Assembly: GCA_035576225.1 (NCBI GenBank)
Contig: DATLWQ010000304.1
Span: 1 to 33,138, forward strand
Length of the DNA: 33,138 nt
Direction of reading: 5' to 3'
Source: Fimbriimonadaceae bacterium
GTDB lineage: Bacteria > Armatimonadota > Fimbriimonadia > Fimbriimonadales > Fimbriimonadaceae
Of this stretch, positions 32,959 to 33,138 are shown piece after piece; within the stretch, counting starts at the first letter, position 1; every line of letters begins with the position of its first letter. The notes under the pieces were generated by a model. It was not told the DNA's origin and searched no databases. It saw nothing but the letters and a program-made list of their open reading frames with translations. Position numbers and translations under genes: made by a program.

Positions 32959-33138
32959 GTGTTCGACACGACGCAGAAATTCAACGACCGCGCCGACGAC
33001 TACGCAAAGTACCGACCTCGCTACCCACAAGGCGTGTTTGATCTGCTCACTGAGGAGTGCGAGGTGGGCCAGGAATGCGCCGTGGCAGACGTGGGTTCAG
33101 GGACCGGGATCTTTGCGATGGGGCTCGTCGAGACCGGT
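32959..33138 (+). CDS. class I SAM-dependent methyltransferase, 5' partial (runs off the window)
   Basis: Not in the ORF track. A GTG at 32959, 2 nt after the upstream stop, opens a 60-codon frame to the window end: VFDTTQKFNDRADDYAKYRPRYPQGVFDLL...VADVGSGTGIFAMGLVETG. It has methyltransferase motif I (DVGSGTG) and a typical YxxxRPxYP lead-in. Confidence 0.6.
   Translation, partial: MFDTTQKFNDRADDYAKYRPRYPQGVFDLLTEECEVGQECAVADVGSGTGIFAMGLVETG

Overview
Visibly GC-rich, densely coding chromosomal window from a diderm bacterium. I saw no transposase or integrase genes, CRISPR arrays or rRNA. Content from left to right:
(1) A minus-strand block: kynU-kynA (kynurenine pathway), an orphan membrane-anchored protein, and queE-queC (preQ0 synthesis). 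The ATGA start/stop overlaps at 1242-1245 and 4043-4046 indicate translational coupling.
(2) A plus-strand five-gene efflux operon (4965-13595). It encodes a small secreted Cys/His-rich protein, a membrane-fusion adaptor with two CxxC heavy-metal-binding modules, an RND permease, a TolC-like outer-membrane factor and an orphan 539-aa secreted protein. It ends in a hairpin terminator.
(3) The stand-out, a tightly packed seven-gene minus-strand operon (22529 down to 13688). It encodes a cupredoxin-like protein, a Cyc2-like monohaem cytochrome-porin fusion, a GltD-like FAD/NAD(P)/Fe-S oxidoreductase, a Tat-type Rieske protein, a split cytochrome b (b6-like half plus subunit-IV-like half) and a membrane-anchored octahaem cytochrome c. 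A long stand-alone CcmF/NrfE-type haem lyase is transcribed divergently from it. The shared control region holds a perfect 16-bp TGA-N6-TCA palindrome, and a Crp/Fnr-family regulator lies next door. I read this as a self-contained outer-membrane-to-cytoplasm electron-transfer module, possibly Fe(II) or another extracellular donor feeding a Rieske/cyt b complex coupled to NAD(P). I do not know of a described system with this composition.
(4) tRNA-Asn(GUU), a group II PLP decarboxylase, glpX, a YdeP/FdhF-family molybdoenzyme, a C-N hydrolase, a TlpA-like thioredoxin and the 5' end of a SAM methyltransferase.
Two cross-cutting observations. Six first-in-unit genes lack a Shine-Dalgarno sequence but have a -10-like hexamer exactly 7-8 nt upstream of the start codon, which suggests leaderless mRNAs. 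Several intergenic regions contain structured or phased repeats.
All functional calls come from by-eye motif recognition. No database search was run.
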